Assembly (NCBI GenBank): GCA_007375645.1
Contig: VMER01000001.1
Location: 209,211-273,210, forward strand
DNA length: 64,000 nucleotides
Source of the DNA: Parcubacteria group bacterium LiPW_15
Lineage (GTDB): Bacteria; Patescibacteriota; Minisyncoccia; UBA6257; 2-01-FULL-56-20
Direction of reading: 5' to 3'
The notes beneath the pieces were generated by a model, which searched no databases, was not told the DNA's origin, and saw nothing but the letters and a program-made list of their open reading frames with translations. Position numbers and translations under genes: made by a program. Positions 28,978 through 39,364 of this stretch are shown here, piece by piece (positions within the stretch are counted from its first letter, which is position 1; the number at the start of each line of letters is the position of its first letter).

Positions 28978-29202
28978 CGGAGAGTATAGCATGTCCCTAG
29001 AAAATGTCAACCCTGTCACCAGATCAAGCGCAATCGGCTTGTTTGCCCGACCAGTCTAACCCGCCTCAATAATCCGTCGCCTTCCCCAAAAAACATAAAA
29101 ATCATTTAATTTGCGCCGATACAAAAGGGCTAGCGCTTGGCTCGGTGCGGGGTCAACCCCGTCACCAAGTCGACTACCTACCACCTGCTACTTGCTACAT
29201 CA

Positions 29203-30063
29203 CTAGTCTTTTTGATACAAAATAAAATCGACAAATCTCTCGAACGGAGATTTCTCCGGCAATTTGGCGTGCGCCGCCTTCGCGATATCTTTTAAATTAG
29301 CGCGCGCTTCTCTATAGCCTTCGGCAATTATGTCCGCGGTTTGGCCGAAATCCAACCAACTATGGTGGGTTACCGCAGGCTTCAAAATTACGTTTGCATC
29401 TTTCACGTGTTCCTTTGCCAATTGATACTCCGCAACCTGCAGAGAATTTTCTATCATAGAACGTATATTGGTCAGTTTTACCTCCTGTTCGAAAATATTT
29501 ACCCAGCGAGAAGAAACATCTACGGCGATGACTATATCCGCGCCCATCCTCCGAACAACATCCGCGGGGACGGGATTCGAAAACGCTCCGTCCACGAGAA
29601 GTTTCTCCCCTATCTTCACCGGCTTAAAAGCCAAGGGTAAGGAGCTCGAAGCTTTTATTGCCAAAGCGAGGCTCCCGGAATCCATAACGGTTTCCTCGCC
29701 ATTACTAACATCCGTGGCAATGGCCGCGAATTTAACATCGCATTTTTCTATCTGCCGGTGAGCAAGTTTCTTTTCCAGGCGCGACTGCATCTCTACATCA
29801 TTAAAAAGAACTCCGTCGCCCCGGGACATTATTTTCCTGGGCGAAAGGGTTCCCTTTTCTCCAAGTTTCAAAAATAGTTCTTCGAGTTCGCTAAGCGGAT
29901 GACCGGCGGCATACCAACCCCCGACGACCGAACCCATACTGGTACCGGCGATGATTTCCGGCTTTATCCCCGCCTCCAAAAGCGCTTTTAAAACGCCGAT
30001 ATGAGCGAGGCCTCTGGCGCCTCCTCCGCCCAGTGCGATTCCGATCTTTTTATTTTTACGCAT
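29203..30063 (-). CDS. Patatin-like phospholipase (RssA-like)
   Basis: GGGGARG, GTSMG, DGA motifs. Confidence 0.9.
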   Translation of the reverse strand: MRKNKKIGIALGGGGARGLAHIGVLKALLEAGIKPEIIAGTSMGSVVGGWYAAGHPLSELEELFLKLGEKGTLSPRKIMSRGDGVLFNDVEMQSRLEKKLAHRQIEKCDVKFAAIATDVSNGEETVMDSGSLALAIKASSSLPLAFKPVKIGEKLLVDGAFSNPVPADVVRRMGADIVIAVDVSSRWVNIFEQEVKLTNIRSMIENSLQVAEYQLAKEHVKDANVILKPAVTHHSWLDFGQTADIIAEGYREARANLKDIAKAAHAKLPEKSPFERFVDFILYQKD

Positions 30064-30224
30064 TGCTCTCTAATTTTATAACTTTTACGCGGAAAAAACA
30101 GGAGGCATGAATATTTTAAAAATGCTTGTTTTCTATACCACAAGAGACGTAGAATGTGGACGAATCTGCCACATCGGCAATGATTCAAGTTCCTTCACAA
30201 TAAAAAGAAGAAAGGAGGCGGGTT

Positions 30225-32927
30225 ATGGAACTCCGCGCAGGAACGACGCTGGTCACAGCGTCCGATCTCGTGAGCATTCCGAACCAGTCTCCTCAATTCA
30301 GAGACTGGGCTTGGTATCAGCTAAACTTCGCCCCCGAGCACCTGGACGACATCGTTTCGGCCCTTCTTCAAAAGGATAAGGGCACGAATGTCCGGGAAGC
30401 CCTGGAATATCTGAATGACTTCCTCGGCGGACACCCCGCTACCGGCGAACGCCTGAACGCAAGCGACATCACCGGAGAGAATACCCAGAGCGCGTTGTTC
30501 AAAAAACTGCGCGTTCTGCTCGGCAAGGATTCCGGCGCGACTAACCCGGATGTTTATCGTTTTCTGGGACAAGTCGGCCATAAATTCATGCCGCTATTCC
30601 TCGGAAGTCAGCGGTTCCCAAGAACCGAATACAAGTTTGGCGGGCCGCTGGCCCAACGATCCCTGTTTCAGAAGCTGGTAGACGAGGAAGACGGACAAAA
30701 AATCCTCTTCCCGTTCCTTGCCGACCAACAGTTTGCCAAATCGGAAATCAAAGATCCGAACCGATCGCAACTGCGGCAGAGCTATGCTCTCTGGAAAAGG
30801 ATCGCGGAGAACGTCAAAGACCACAGCCTGACAGAACTGTACTCCAAACACGGACCAAAGCTCGACCGGCTGACCAGGATGTTGAAGCGAGAGTTTGCTC
30901 CCTATTCCTCGGAACTCGAGGCGCAAAGGGATGCAAAGTCCGAACTCGTGACTCTGAGCCTGATGAGCTGGGTGAGCGCCGTCGAACTCAAAGAACGGCA
31001 GCCCCGCATTTTCTTCACGGAGATACCGGTCCTCGACCGGCATCATCGGCTCGGAGCTTGGAGGATCGATGCCGCAGAAGTACGAACCATTGAAGGCAAA
31101 GCGCCGACGCCCAAACAAAGGGCTAAGCTCAGGGAACTCAGCCTCACTCGGTTCACTTCTGTTGGCCATCTGCTCCAATCGCTTATCTCCTTCTTTGGAG
31201 AAGAGCTGGAGCTCGGCATCTGGGACTGGAAGTTCGCGATTGGCGACGGCGCCCCAAAGCGCGTCATCGATCCGAGAACCATGGTTCAGGATGTTCTCGC
31301 GGAACACACGCGCCAGATACAGCGATATCTGATGCTCGGGAGCCTGGACTGCCACTTAACCGGGCGGCCCCGCGCGAAAACTCTCTGGCATGACGACTAT
31401 TTCTTGCGCGGAACTCTGGCATATTTCTTCCCGACGCATCGGCCGATACTCGAGCAAATAGTCATGACTCCGGAATTGCACAAACAGATCTTCGAAGAAG
31501 AAGTGTTGATGCGATTCGGGAGTGCGAAACAGCGCGCGAAGCTAAGAGAACTGACGAGCCAAGTAGTCGGCAACGTCTTCGCTCTCTGGAACGGAAACGG
31601 AAAGCCGAAGAACGGTTCCGCGCATAAGCCAACCCCGCAAGTATCGCTTTTTGAAGAGCCCTCCGACAAACCGCGTTCTGCTCTTCATTACGTTGAGCAG
31701 ATGCAAAAACCGATTTTCCTCGAAGGCTCGCACGGGCTTCTGGAGGTCGTGGGGCTCGGTGAGGGCGGACGCAAGCGTTACGAACTCCGCCTGGACACGA
31801 TGCTCAAACGGATCGAGGAAGGCGTGATCTCCGGACGAAATATCGGGCAGGGCTGGCTCATTTCCTGTCCGCATCCGGATCACGACGACTCTACGCCGTC
31901 TTGCGCGGTCTATCTCACCGGACACTTTCACTGCTTTGGATGCAAGAACTCCGGCAAGATCGCGGCTGGTTCAATTCCAAAAAATATTGAGCTTGTCCCC
32001 GATCTGCGGCAACAGCACGAGCGAATGCGCCAAGGCACAACGAATGCTCTGGTTCCGGAAAGACATCGCGAGGTCATGCGCACCGTTCAGGCCCATCTCT
32101 CCGCCAAGTTCAGAAACAGTCCGGCCGAACGATATCTTGCGCATGAGCGCCGTCTGGATCCGGAACTTGCCGCGTCTTTTGGCGCCGGATACGGCAGCAA
32201 CGAACTCATTTTGGATCTGCTCCAAGACGGCGTAAGCTACGAGGAGCTTATCCATTACGGTCTGGTGGGAATCTCACCAAAAATGAAACCCTCCAGCCTC
32301 TTGATTCGATCATTACTCCAGAAAGGCTATTCTTTAGAGAGCCTCGGCAGGGAGCTAAAAGTACCGGGCGGCAAAAACGTCTCGGGCCTCCCCTATCCTT
32401 CGCTCTCGAACCGGATAACCTTCCCACTCATGACCGAAAGCTGGGTAACCAGCGTGTACGGAAGGGCCATCTATGCTTGCGACAAGCAATTCTCGCATCG
32501 CAAGCTCACCATTAAGTACACGGGCGTTCCCCACGGCGCTTTCAATGTGGCCGCGCTTAACGCGCCCGGTAATGATCTCATCGTTACCGAAGGCGTGATG
32601 GACGCGCTCTCCCTGATCGAAGCCGGAGTGCCGAACACGCTCGCGCTCATCGGGGTTCAGAACACCGTAATCCTCGAAGCCCTGGAACGGTCGCGCAAGA
32701 AGCTTTGGATCGCGCTCGACATCGACGAAAATAAGTCGGGACAGAACGCGACCGCAAAGATAATCGAACGATTCAGGTCGCGCGGCGTGCCCGTGGGCGA
32801 CTTTACCGCCAAGTTCGCCGCAAGACTCACCGAACAGTACAAGGACTACAACGCCTGGTGGCAGGCATCCGGCCGTCATCTTTCTCTTAACGACCGGGCA
32901 GCTCTTCTCGCTCTTTCCGAAGCGTGA
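30225..32927 (+). CDS. PD-(D/E)xK nuclease-like domain fused to a DnaG-type primase (CHC2 Zn finger + TOPRIM)
   Basis: TEIPV/RIDA/DWKF/QIQRY; CPHPDH...HCFGC; VTEGVMDALS, ALDID, KDYN; AGGAGG SD. Confidence 0.75.
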   Translation: MELRAGTTLVTASDLVSIPNQSPQFRDWAWYQLNFAPEHLDDIVSALLQKDKGTNVREALEYLNDFLGGHPATGERLNASDITGENTQSALFKKLRVLLGKDSGATNPDVYRFLGQVGHKFMPLFLGSQRFPRTEYKFGGPLAQRSLFQKLVDEEDGQKILFPFLADQQFAKSEIKDPNRSQLRQSYALWKRIAENVKDHSLTELYSKHGPKLDRLTRMLKREFAPYSSELEAQRDAKSELVTLSLMSWVSAVELKERQPRIFFTEIPVLDRHHRLGAWRIDAAEVRTIEGKAPTPKQRAKLRELSLTRFTSVGHLLQSLISFFGEELELGIWDWKFAIGDGAPKRVIDPRTMVQDVLAEHTRQIQRYLMLGSLDCHLTGRPRAKTLWHDDYFLRGTLAYFFPTHRPILEQIVMTPELHKQIFEEEVLMRFGSAKQRAKLRELTSQVVGNVFALWNGNGKPKNGSAHKPTPQVSLFEEPSDKPRSALHYVEQMQKPIFLEGSHGLLEVVGLGEGGRKRYELRLDTMLKRIEEGVISGRNIGQGWLISCPHPDHDDSTPSCAVYLTGHFHCFGCKNSGKIAAGSIPKNIELVPDLRQQHERMRQGTTNALVPERHREVMRTVQAHLSAKFRNSPAERYLAHERRLDPELAASFGAGYGSNELILDLLQDGVSYEELIHYGLVGISPKMKPSSLLIRSLLQKGYSLESLGRELKVPGGKNVSGLPYPSLSNRITFPLMTESWVTSVYGRAIYACDKQFSHRKLTIKYTGVPHGAFNVAALNAPGNDLIVTEGVMDALSLIEAGVPNTLALIGVQNTVILEALERSRKKLWIALDIDENKSGQNATAKIIERFRSRGVPVGDFTAKFAARLTEQYKDYNAWWQASGRHLSLNDRAALLALSEA

Positions 32928-32973
32928 TTCCCCTCCCGGGGAACCACGCTTCTTTTTTTATTTCAAAATAATT

Positions 32974-35511
32974 TTACTTTCCCTGTTTAAGCACGTGGCG
33001 AAGATACTGAGCCGTAAAACTCTTTGGATTTCTCGCTACTTCTTCCGGCGTTCCCTGGGCGACAATTTCTCCTCCCCTTTCTCCGCCCTCGGGCCCGAGA
33101 TCGATAACCCAGTCCGCGCTTTTAATGACATCCAAATTATGTTCAATGACTACCACGGTGTTCCCCCGGTCCACCAAGCGCTGTAAAACAACGAGAAGCT
33201 GCTCGATGTCCGCAAAGTGAAGTCCGGTGGTCGGCTCATCCAAAAGATAAAGTGTTTTGCGGGTATCACGCTTGCCGAGTTCCGCTGCGAGCTTAACGCG
33301 TTGCGCCTCTCCGCCCGAAAGCGTGGTCGCGGATTGTCCGAGCTCCAGATAACCCAAGCCGACTTCTTCCAGAATACTCAATCGGTCTTTAAGCCACGGA
33401 ATGTCGTCGAAAAACTTGTGCGCCTCTTCGATGGTCATCTTAAGAATGTCGTAAATATTCTTTCCTTTGTATTCCACCTCCAATGTTTCCCTATCAAACC
33501 GCTTTCCCTTACAAATATCGCACTCCACGTAGACCGTGGGCAGAAAATGCATTTCGATAGCTAAGGTCCCATGGCCTTCGCAGTTTTCACAGCGTCCGCC
33601 GGGCACGTTGAAGCTGAACCGGCCCGGTTTATAACCTCGAACTCTCGCATCTTCGGTAGTCGCGAAAAGATCCCGGATAAAAGTCCAAGCGCCGACGTAA
33701 GTGGCCGGATTGGACCGCGGAGTGCGGCCTATCGCTCCCTGGTCGATATTAATGACCCTGTTCATATATTCCAATCCCAGAATGGATTTTACCGCTCCGG
33801 TCTTGATGCCTTCTCCAAGCTCATGGAATTTGCGGGCGATGTTTCTATGAAGCACGTCATAAACCAACGTGGATTTTCCGGAACCGGAAACACCGGTCAC
33901 GGCCGTAAACCTCCCGAGCGGAATATCCACATTTATATTTTTTAAATTATTGGCCGAAGCTCCGCGTATCTTTATCGCTTCTTTGTCCTTGGAAACTTTT
34001 CTTCGGATTTCGGGAATTTCTATCTCCCGCTTCCCGCGCAAAAAATCCAAGGTGAGCGAGTTTTGAGTCTTGTCTTTAAGCAGTTCCGGCATCGGTCCTT
34101 GGGCAATGACCCTGCCGCCGTGCACGCCCGCCCCCGGCCCGAAGTCCACCAAATAATCCGCGGAACGGATAGTATCCTCATCATGCTCCACTACGATCAC
34201 GGTATTTCCCAGATCCCGCAGTTTCTCGAGTGTTTGAATGAGTTTCGCGTTATCTCTCTGGTGCAAACCAATAGTCGGCTCATCCAATATATAGAGAGTT
34301 CCAACCAGCCTGGAACCTATCTGGGATGCCAGGCGAATACGCTGAGCCTCCCCGCCCGAAAGCGTACCGGCCTTGCGGCCCAAAGTCAGATAATCCAAAC
34401 CCACATCCAAAAGAAATTTCAGTCTGGCTTTGATCTCCCGAAGAGGCGCCTCGGAAACTTCTTTAAACCTTTCGTTGCGATTCGAGAAGCTCATGTCGCC
34501 GAAGAATTTGTTGGCTTCTTCGATGGACATATTTACCACTGAATTTATATTTTTGTCTTTGACCAAAACGCTCAAAGCTTCTTTTTTTAAACGCTTACCT
34601 TCGCAAACGTCGCAAAGGTCTTCGGACCAAAGTTCTTTGACGCCCAAACCGTGGCAGGTCTCACAAGCGCCGTAAGGGCTGTTGAAAGAAAATAACCGCG
34701 GTTCGATCTCCGGGAACGAAAAACCGTCGTTGGGGCAGGTGAATTGCGCGGAAAGCGAAACCTCTTTATCGGTTAAGACAGTCAAAACGTTCTTACCGTA
34801 TTTCAAGGCGGATTCCACCGCTTCCGCGAGGCGCAAGCGGTTGTCTTTATCTTTAAAATCCATCCCGCCCGGAATTCTGTCGACTACAAGTTCAATGGTG
34901 TGCTGTTTGTAGCGCGCGAGCTCGATCCGCTCATGAAGCGAATGCATTTTGCCATCCACGCGGACCTCTCTGAAGCCGGCGTTTAAAAGATCGTAAAGCG
35001 TTTGATAATATTCTCCCTTTCTTCCGCGGATCACAGGCGCCAAGATCAAAAGATTATTTTTCTTCTTGTCCTCTTTGGAAATTTGAATGACTGCGTCCAC
35101 GATCTCTTCATTGGTCATCTTGCGAATTTCCGTTCCGCACTCCGGACAATGAGGAGTTCCCGCGCGCGCGAAAAGTACGCGCAGATAATCATAAATTTCG
35201 GTGATGGTCGCGACCGTGGAACGAGGATTCGAAGAATGGCTTTTCTGGTCAATAGAAATCGCCGGAGACAATCCTTCTATCTCATCCACGTCCGGTTTCT
35301 CGAATCTTCCCAAAAATTGTCTGGCGTAAGCAGAAAGGGATTCTATATATCGCCTCTGTCCTTCGGCAAAAATGGTATCAAAAGCCAAACTGGATTTTCC
35401 CGAGCCGGATAGTCCCGTCAAAACGGTCATCTTATCCCGCGGAATTTCCAGGTTTATGTTTTTGAGATTGTGCTCTCTGGCTCCTCTTATTTTGATTTTG
35501 TCTTGTGCCAT
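32974..35511 (-). CDS. uvrA: Excinuclease ABC subunit A
   Basis: Two GxSGSGKS Walker A motifs, two LSGGEAQR, Zn fingers. Confidence 0.97.
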   Translation of the reverse strand: MAQDKIKIRGAREHNLKNINLEIPRDKMTVLTGLSGSGKSSLAFDTIFAEGQRRYIESLSAYARQFLGRFEKPDVDEIEGLSPAISIDQKSHSSNPRSTVATITEIYDYLRVLFARAGTPHCPECGTEIRKMTNEEIVDAVIQISKEDKKKNNLLILAPVIRGRKGEYYQTLYDLLNAGFREVRVDGKMHSLHERIELARYKQHTIELVVDRIPGGMDFKDKDNRLRLAEAVESALKYGKNVLTVLTDKEVSLSAQFTCPNDGFSFPEIEPRLFSFNSPYGACETCHGLGVKELWSEDLCDVCEGKRLKKEALSVLVKDKNINSVVNMSIEEANKFFGDMSFSNRNERFKEVSEAPLREIKARLKFLLDVGLDYLTLGRKAGTLSGGEAQRIRLASQIGSRLVGTLYILDEPTIGLHQRDNAKLIQTLEKLRDLGNTVIVVEHDEDTIRSADYLVDFGPGAGVHGGRVIAQGPMPELLKDKTQNSLTLDFLRGKREIEIPEIRRKVSKDKEAIKIRGASANNLKNINVDIPLGRFTAVTGVSGSGKSTLVYDVLHRNIARKFHELGEGIKTGAVKSILGLEYMNRVINIDQGAIGRTPRSNPATYVGAWTFIRDLFATTEDARVRGYKPGRFSFNVPGGRCENCEGHGTLAIEMHFLPTVYVECDICKGKRFDRETLEVEYKGKNIYDILKMTIEEAHKFFDDIPWLKDRLSILEEVGLGYLELGQSATTLSGGEAQRVKLAAELGKRDTRKTLYLLDEPTTGLHFADIEQLLVVLQRLVDRGNTVVVIEHNLDVIKSADWVIDLGPEGGERGGEIVAQGTPEEVARNPKSFTAQYLRHVLKQGK

Positions 35512-35992
35512 TTTGTTTATAAATCCATAAAGTCCCCCGCTGGCGGGGTTCTTAGGGGGTCACAAGCGAGAGTCTAGCATATGTAATAAAAATAGAAAGC
35601 CGCCACGGAACTAAAAACCCGGACTAGTCCACTGGACTGTCCGGGCCTTTAATGAGCCCCGAGCCTCTATACCAATATTGCTATTGCGTGACGTTCACCT
35701 TACGGATCTGCCTTCTGTGCTCGGAGCTCACCTACAACATAACTCCCCCATTCGGGCTTAAAAGACCCATTTATGCACAGCGCTAAAATGTTTGACATTA
35801 TGACTAAAACATTATACTATCTGTGTGCTAGAAAAAAGGGCGGATTTAGGTCAACCCTTATTGCACCTCGAAAAGAAAGCGAAAGGAGAGATGGAATGGT
35901 GAGTTGAGAATCTAACTTCAACCGCCGCTCTAAGTCCCTATCCGATCGTCTCAAACCCCGATCTGAAACGAATTCTACAAAAGGAGAAAAAA

Positions 35993-37642
35993 GTGAACAT
36001 CATCAAGAAGTTCACGGTTCTCGTGGCTCTCGCACTCCTCGTCTGCACCGGGACGGCCTACGCGGCCGATCCGCCGCGTCATCCCGTTCCCGTCGGTGAA
36101 CCCGAAGACGCCACAACCGTCATCGGGCACCAAGGGCGCACGGAGCTGCCCTTTCCGAACCCCGCCAACAACACCCTGTACAAGGCGCTGATCGGTGGGC
36201 CGTGTTGGCTCATCGACACCAGACTGGACTCGAAGTTCGACCCGCCGTACGGAAACAAGTCGGGTCAGCTCGGCGACTTCGTTTCCGGCGAGTCGAGGGC
36301 GTACCGCTTCGGCGGTCACCTGCTCGATCTGCCGCTCACGAACCCGTGCAACGACCTGATTCCGAGTTCCGGCGTCGTCGCCCTCAACCTGGAAGTCCAC
36401 ATCTACACGAACGGCCTCGTACCAGGCGGAGTGTTCTTCGAGAACACCCGCTTCGTCCCCGAACTGTGGTCGGCAACGGCGCAGGTCGGGCAGACAGCCT
36501 TCCTGATCTACGAGAAGGACAAGCTCAGCGACTTCATGCCCGGCTTGGTCCAGATCGGCCCCGCTTCGATATACGAACTCGGCGGCCAGTCCTTCCGGCT
36601 GAAGAACGTCGGGAACAGCATCGACGTCGCCGTGAAGATCAATGGCTACTTCACCGAGGACAAGACCGTCGGCAAGGGTGGTCCGGCCGGCAAGGACGGC
36701 GTGTCCTGTTCCGTCGTGCAGACCAACGACCTGTCCTATAAGATGACCTGCGGTGACAAGATCGTCGCCGAATGGTGGTCCGGCAAGGACGGCAAGCCCG
36801 GCCTCAGCGGCCCGCAGGGAGAACCCGGACCCGTTGGCCCGCAGGGGAAACCCGGACTGAACGGTGGCCCGGGACCTCAGGGCCCCATCGGACCCACGGG
36901 ACAGACCGGAGCTACCGGACCGCAGGGACCCATCGGCCCCACGGGAGCGACCGGACAGACCGGACCCATCGGACCGATCGGACCCACCGGTGCCACGGGA
37001 GCAGTCGGACCCATCGGACCGCAGGGACCCATCGGACCCACAGGGCAAACCGGAGCTACCGGACCCATCGGACCGATCGGACCCACCGGTGCCACGGGAG
37101 CAGTCGGACCCATCGGCCCCATCGGACCCACGGGAGCAACCGGACAGACTGGCCCCGCTGGCCCGACTGGCGCTACCGGACCCATCGGCCCCATCGGTGC
37201 CACCGGCCTGACCGGACCGCAGGGCCCTCAGGGAAATCCAGGACCACAGGGGCAGAAGGGTGACACCGGCAATACCGGTCCAGCGGGACCCATCGGCCTC
37301 ACTGGCCCGGGTGGCCCCGCTGGCCCAATCGGACCCATCGGCCCCGCGGGTCCGCAGGGACCCCCAGGCGTCTGCGCCTGCCCGATCTCGTCCGGCACCA
37401 TCGTCTTGAACTGCCCCAGCGCGCCGGAACCGGAAATCAACGGCCGCGAACCGAACTGCGTAACCTGCGCGAAGACGGTGAGCAACGCCGACATCAAGTC
37501 CTGGAGCAACGTCATCTGCTCCTACTCCGGCGGCCCTCTCGCGAGTGACGCGATTCCCTGTCGCGTATACAACGTCCAGAACGGCTCCTTCAAGGTGGAA
37601 GGAATGGCCGGACAGACCATCACCTGGATGGCCAAGAACTGA
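35993..37642 (+). CDS. Secreted collagen-like protein
   Basis: Signal peptide; PCWLIDTR domain; ~65 uninterrupted Gly-X-Y triplets; Cys-rich C-terminus. Confidence 0.88.
   Translation: MNIIKKFTVLVALALLVCTGTAYAADPPRHPVPVGEPEDATTVIGHQGRTELPFPNPANNTLYKALIGGPCWLIDTRLDSKFDPPYGNKSGQLGDFVSGESRAYRFGGHLLDLPLTNPCNDLIPSSGVVALNLEVHIYTNGLVPGGVFFENTRFVPELWSATAQVGQTAFLIYEKDKLSDFMPGLVQIGPASIYELGGQSFRLKNVGNSIDVAVKINGYFTEDKTVGKGGPAGKDGVSCSVVQTNDLSYKMTCGDKIVAEWWSGKDGKPGLSGPQGEPGPVGPQGKPGLNGGPGPQGPIGPTGQTGATGPQGPIGPTGATGQTGPIGPIGPTGATGAVGPIGPQGPIGPTGQTGATGPIGPIGPTGATGAVGPIGPIGPTGATGQTGPAGPTGATGPIGPIGATGLTGPQGPQGNPGPQGQKGDTGNTGPAGPIGLTGPGGPAGPIGPIGPAGPQGPPGVCACPISSGTIVLNCPSAPEPEINGREPNCVTCAKTVSNADIKSWSNVICSYSGGPLASDAIPCRVYNVQNGSFKVEGMAGQTITWMAKN
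36782..37369 (+). repeat. Collagen Gly-X-Y tandem repeat (9-bp unit)
   Basis: [15 protein letters not shown] triplets with internally duplicated blocks. Confidence 0.9.
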
Positions 37643-37793
37643 TCTCCTTTCGTCGACAGTCATCGCTCTTTCGCGGGCCCTTCGGGGCCCGCCTTTTTTT
37701 GACAAAATTATTTAAAACAGGCATCATTTTGCGAGCGAACGCAACTTGATTCCTGAACGGGCAATATCGCCCACAAACAGAAGGAGAGAAAAA

Positions 37794-38573
37794 GTGAACA
37801 TCATCCGGAGACTCGCGATCCTCATCGCTCTCGCACTCCTCGTCATCGCCGGAACCGGCTACGCAGAGGATCCGACCGCCAGCCCGAGCACGTACTTCAA
37901 CCTCCTGCCCCGGCAGAATCCGTTCGAAGTGCCGGCCCAGAACACGAAACTCAGCCTCGAGCTTCCGTTCGGAGATCGGCGCGAGGTCGTGTACGTTCCG
38001 ATGAAGGCGTGCGTCCTGACCGGTCCCAGTTCCAACTGGTTCGTCGACAAGGAAACCAGGGTCTACTTCGCGGGCAACTGCGGAGGAGTTCCCGAAACCG
38101 CCGAGCATCTGTTCATCCGGGTCACTGCCATCGGCGTGAACATCCAGGACTACGGCTGGGACTTTCCGGGTGCCGGTTTCTACACGACGACACCGAACAG
38201 CGCGTCCACCGAGACAGGCACCCTCTACGGCGGCTGGGTCCAGGCAATCGTTTTCGTGCAGAGAGCCGGACAAGTCGAAACCGGAGCAGCCATCGTGGAG
38301 CTCAAGCTGTTTCAGGCTTCGGGTTTCGCCATGCGCAAAGGATTCGAGCTCGAGCTCAAGTACGGCGAAGCCTACGCGATCGTGGAAGTCGTGGGCTACA
38401 CGTTGCCCAAGACAGCGAAATCGACCGGCCTCTCATGGAAAGGCGTCAGGCTCCCCCACGTGAAGTACACGGTGAACGACCTCGTGACGGACGAGAAGGG
38501 CCTCAGGGTCTGCGTCGGCGCGAACGAAAACGGCTGCACCATCTGGGAAACGATGGTGCCGATGAAATACTAG
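37794..38573 (+). CDS. Secreted paralog of the collagen-protein N-terminal domain
   Basis: Near-identical SD/start context (aaggag..aaaaagtgaacatcatc) and signal peptide; C...ETR.YF.G.C..VP pattern. Confidence 0.8.
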   Translation: MNIIRRLAILIALALLVIAGTGYAEDPTASPSTYFNLLPRQNPFEVPAQNTKLSLELPFGDRREVVYVPMKACVLTGPSSNWFVDKETRVYFAGNCGGVPETAEHLFIRVTAIGVNIQDYGWDFPGAGFYTTTPNSASTETGTLYGGWVQAIVFVQRAGQVETGAAIVELKLFQASGFAMRKGFELELKYGEAYAIVEVVGYTLPKTAKSTGLSWKGVRLPHVKYTVNDLVTDEKGLRVCVGANENGCTIWETMVPMKY

Positions 38574-38621
38574 CTCTTTCGAACGAAACTCGAAGGGCCC
38601 CTCGCGGGGGGCCCTCTTTTT

Positions 38622-39326
38622 TTACCTCAAATATTTATCCCAATATCCGTAAAGCGCGCTTGTGGCTTTTAAATCGCCAACGTTATACCTCGCAATATCA
38701 ATATATTTCTTTTCTTTAAATAATCGACTAACGTCATCCCCCGTCACTCCATCCTCCTTTGGGCTCTTTATTCCGAAAGCCCTGCTCCACAAATGAAGTC
38801 CGCCCTTCCTGCGCGTTGCTCCGTAAAAAGTCAGCTGGTCAAAGAGATCAATATGCCGAACTCCCCTTTGCTGATACAGATATCTTCCTTCCATCAGATC
38901 CACGCTCGGCCGGATCTTATATATCGCCGACCGCACGGCCAAAAACGGCGCGTCAAACATTCGCCCGTTGAAAGTTATAAACTCATCGTATTCTTTCGCT
39001 CCATCCCAAAAATTTTTGAGCATTTCTTTTTCGCTCATCGGCCGAAATCTTATTCCGTCCTCGGTAAATTCTTTAGCCTCCACATCCGGCGATTGAAAAT
39101 ATACTGCGCCCTGCTCTTTGTCCGGATCATAAACCCCGATGACCACTATTTCTCCGGTCAAAGGAGAAAAGCCCATACCGCCCTTCAGTTCTTCAAGTGC
39201 TGTTTCATATTCTTCGGTGCTGTCCGAATCCTTTTTTATCCAGCGCGTCAAAACATCCTGGGTCGCGTGATCCAGGGCGTTAAAATCTTCTCCGACCGTC
39301 TCGATGTCAAAAACAAGTCTCGGCAT
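38622..39326 (-). CDS. RNase H-like 3'-5' exonuclease (PolB exonuclease-like)
   Basis: LVFDIET, ITFNGRMFDAPFL, HIDL, YNVGD DEDDy motifs. Confidence 0.85.
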   Translation of the reverse strand: MPRLVFDIETVGEDFNALDHATQDVLTRWIKKDSDSTEEYETALEELKGGMGFSPLTGEIVVIGVYDPDKEQGAVYFQSPDVEAKEFTEDGIRFRPMSEKEMLKNFWDGAKEYDEFITFNGRMFDAPFLAVRSAIYKIRPSVDLMEGRYLYQQRGVRHIDLFDQLTFYGATRRKGGLHLWSRAFGIKSPKEDGVTGDDVSRLFKEKKYIDIARYNVGDLKATSALYGYWDKYLR

Positions 39327-39364
39327 TAGTTTAATTATATAACAAAAACATCGTCTCCCGTATT

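Noticed and set aside
36782-37369. CRISPR-like periodicity
   Set aside because: Coding 9-bp collagen repeats with no unique spacers; no CRISPR array or cas genes seen in the window
35975-37705. 576-aa minus-strand ORF and other frames over the collagen gene
   Set aside because: Stop-free shadows caused by the GC-rich Gly-X-Y repeats
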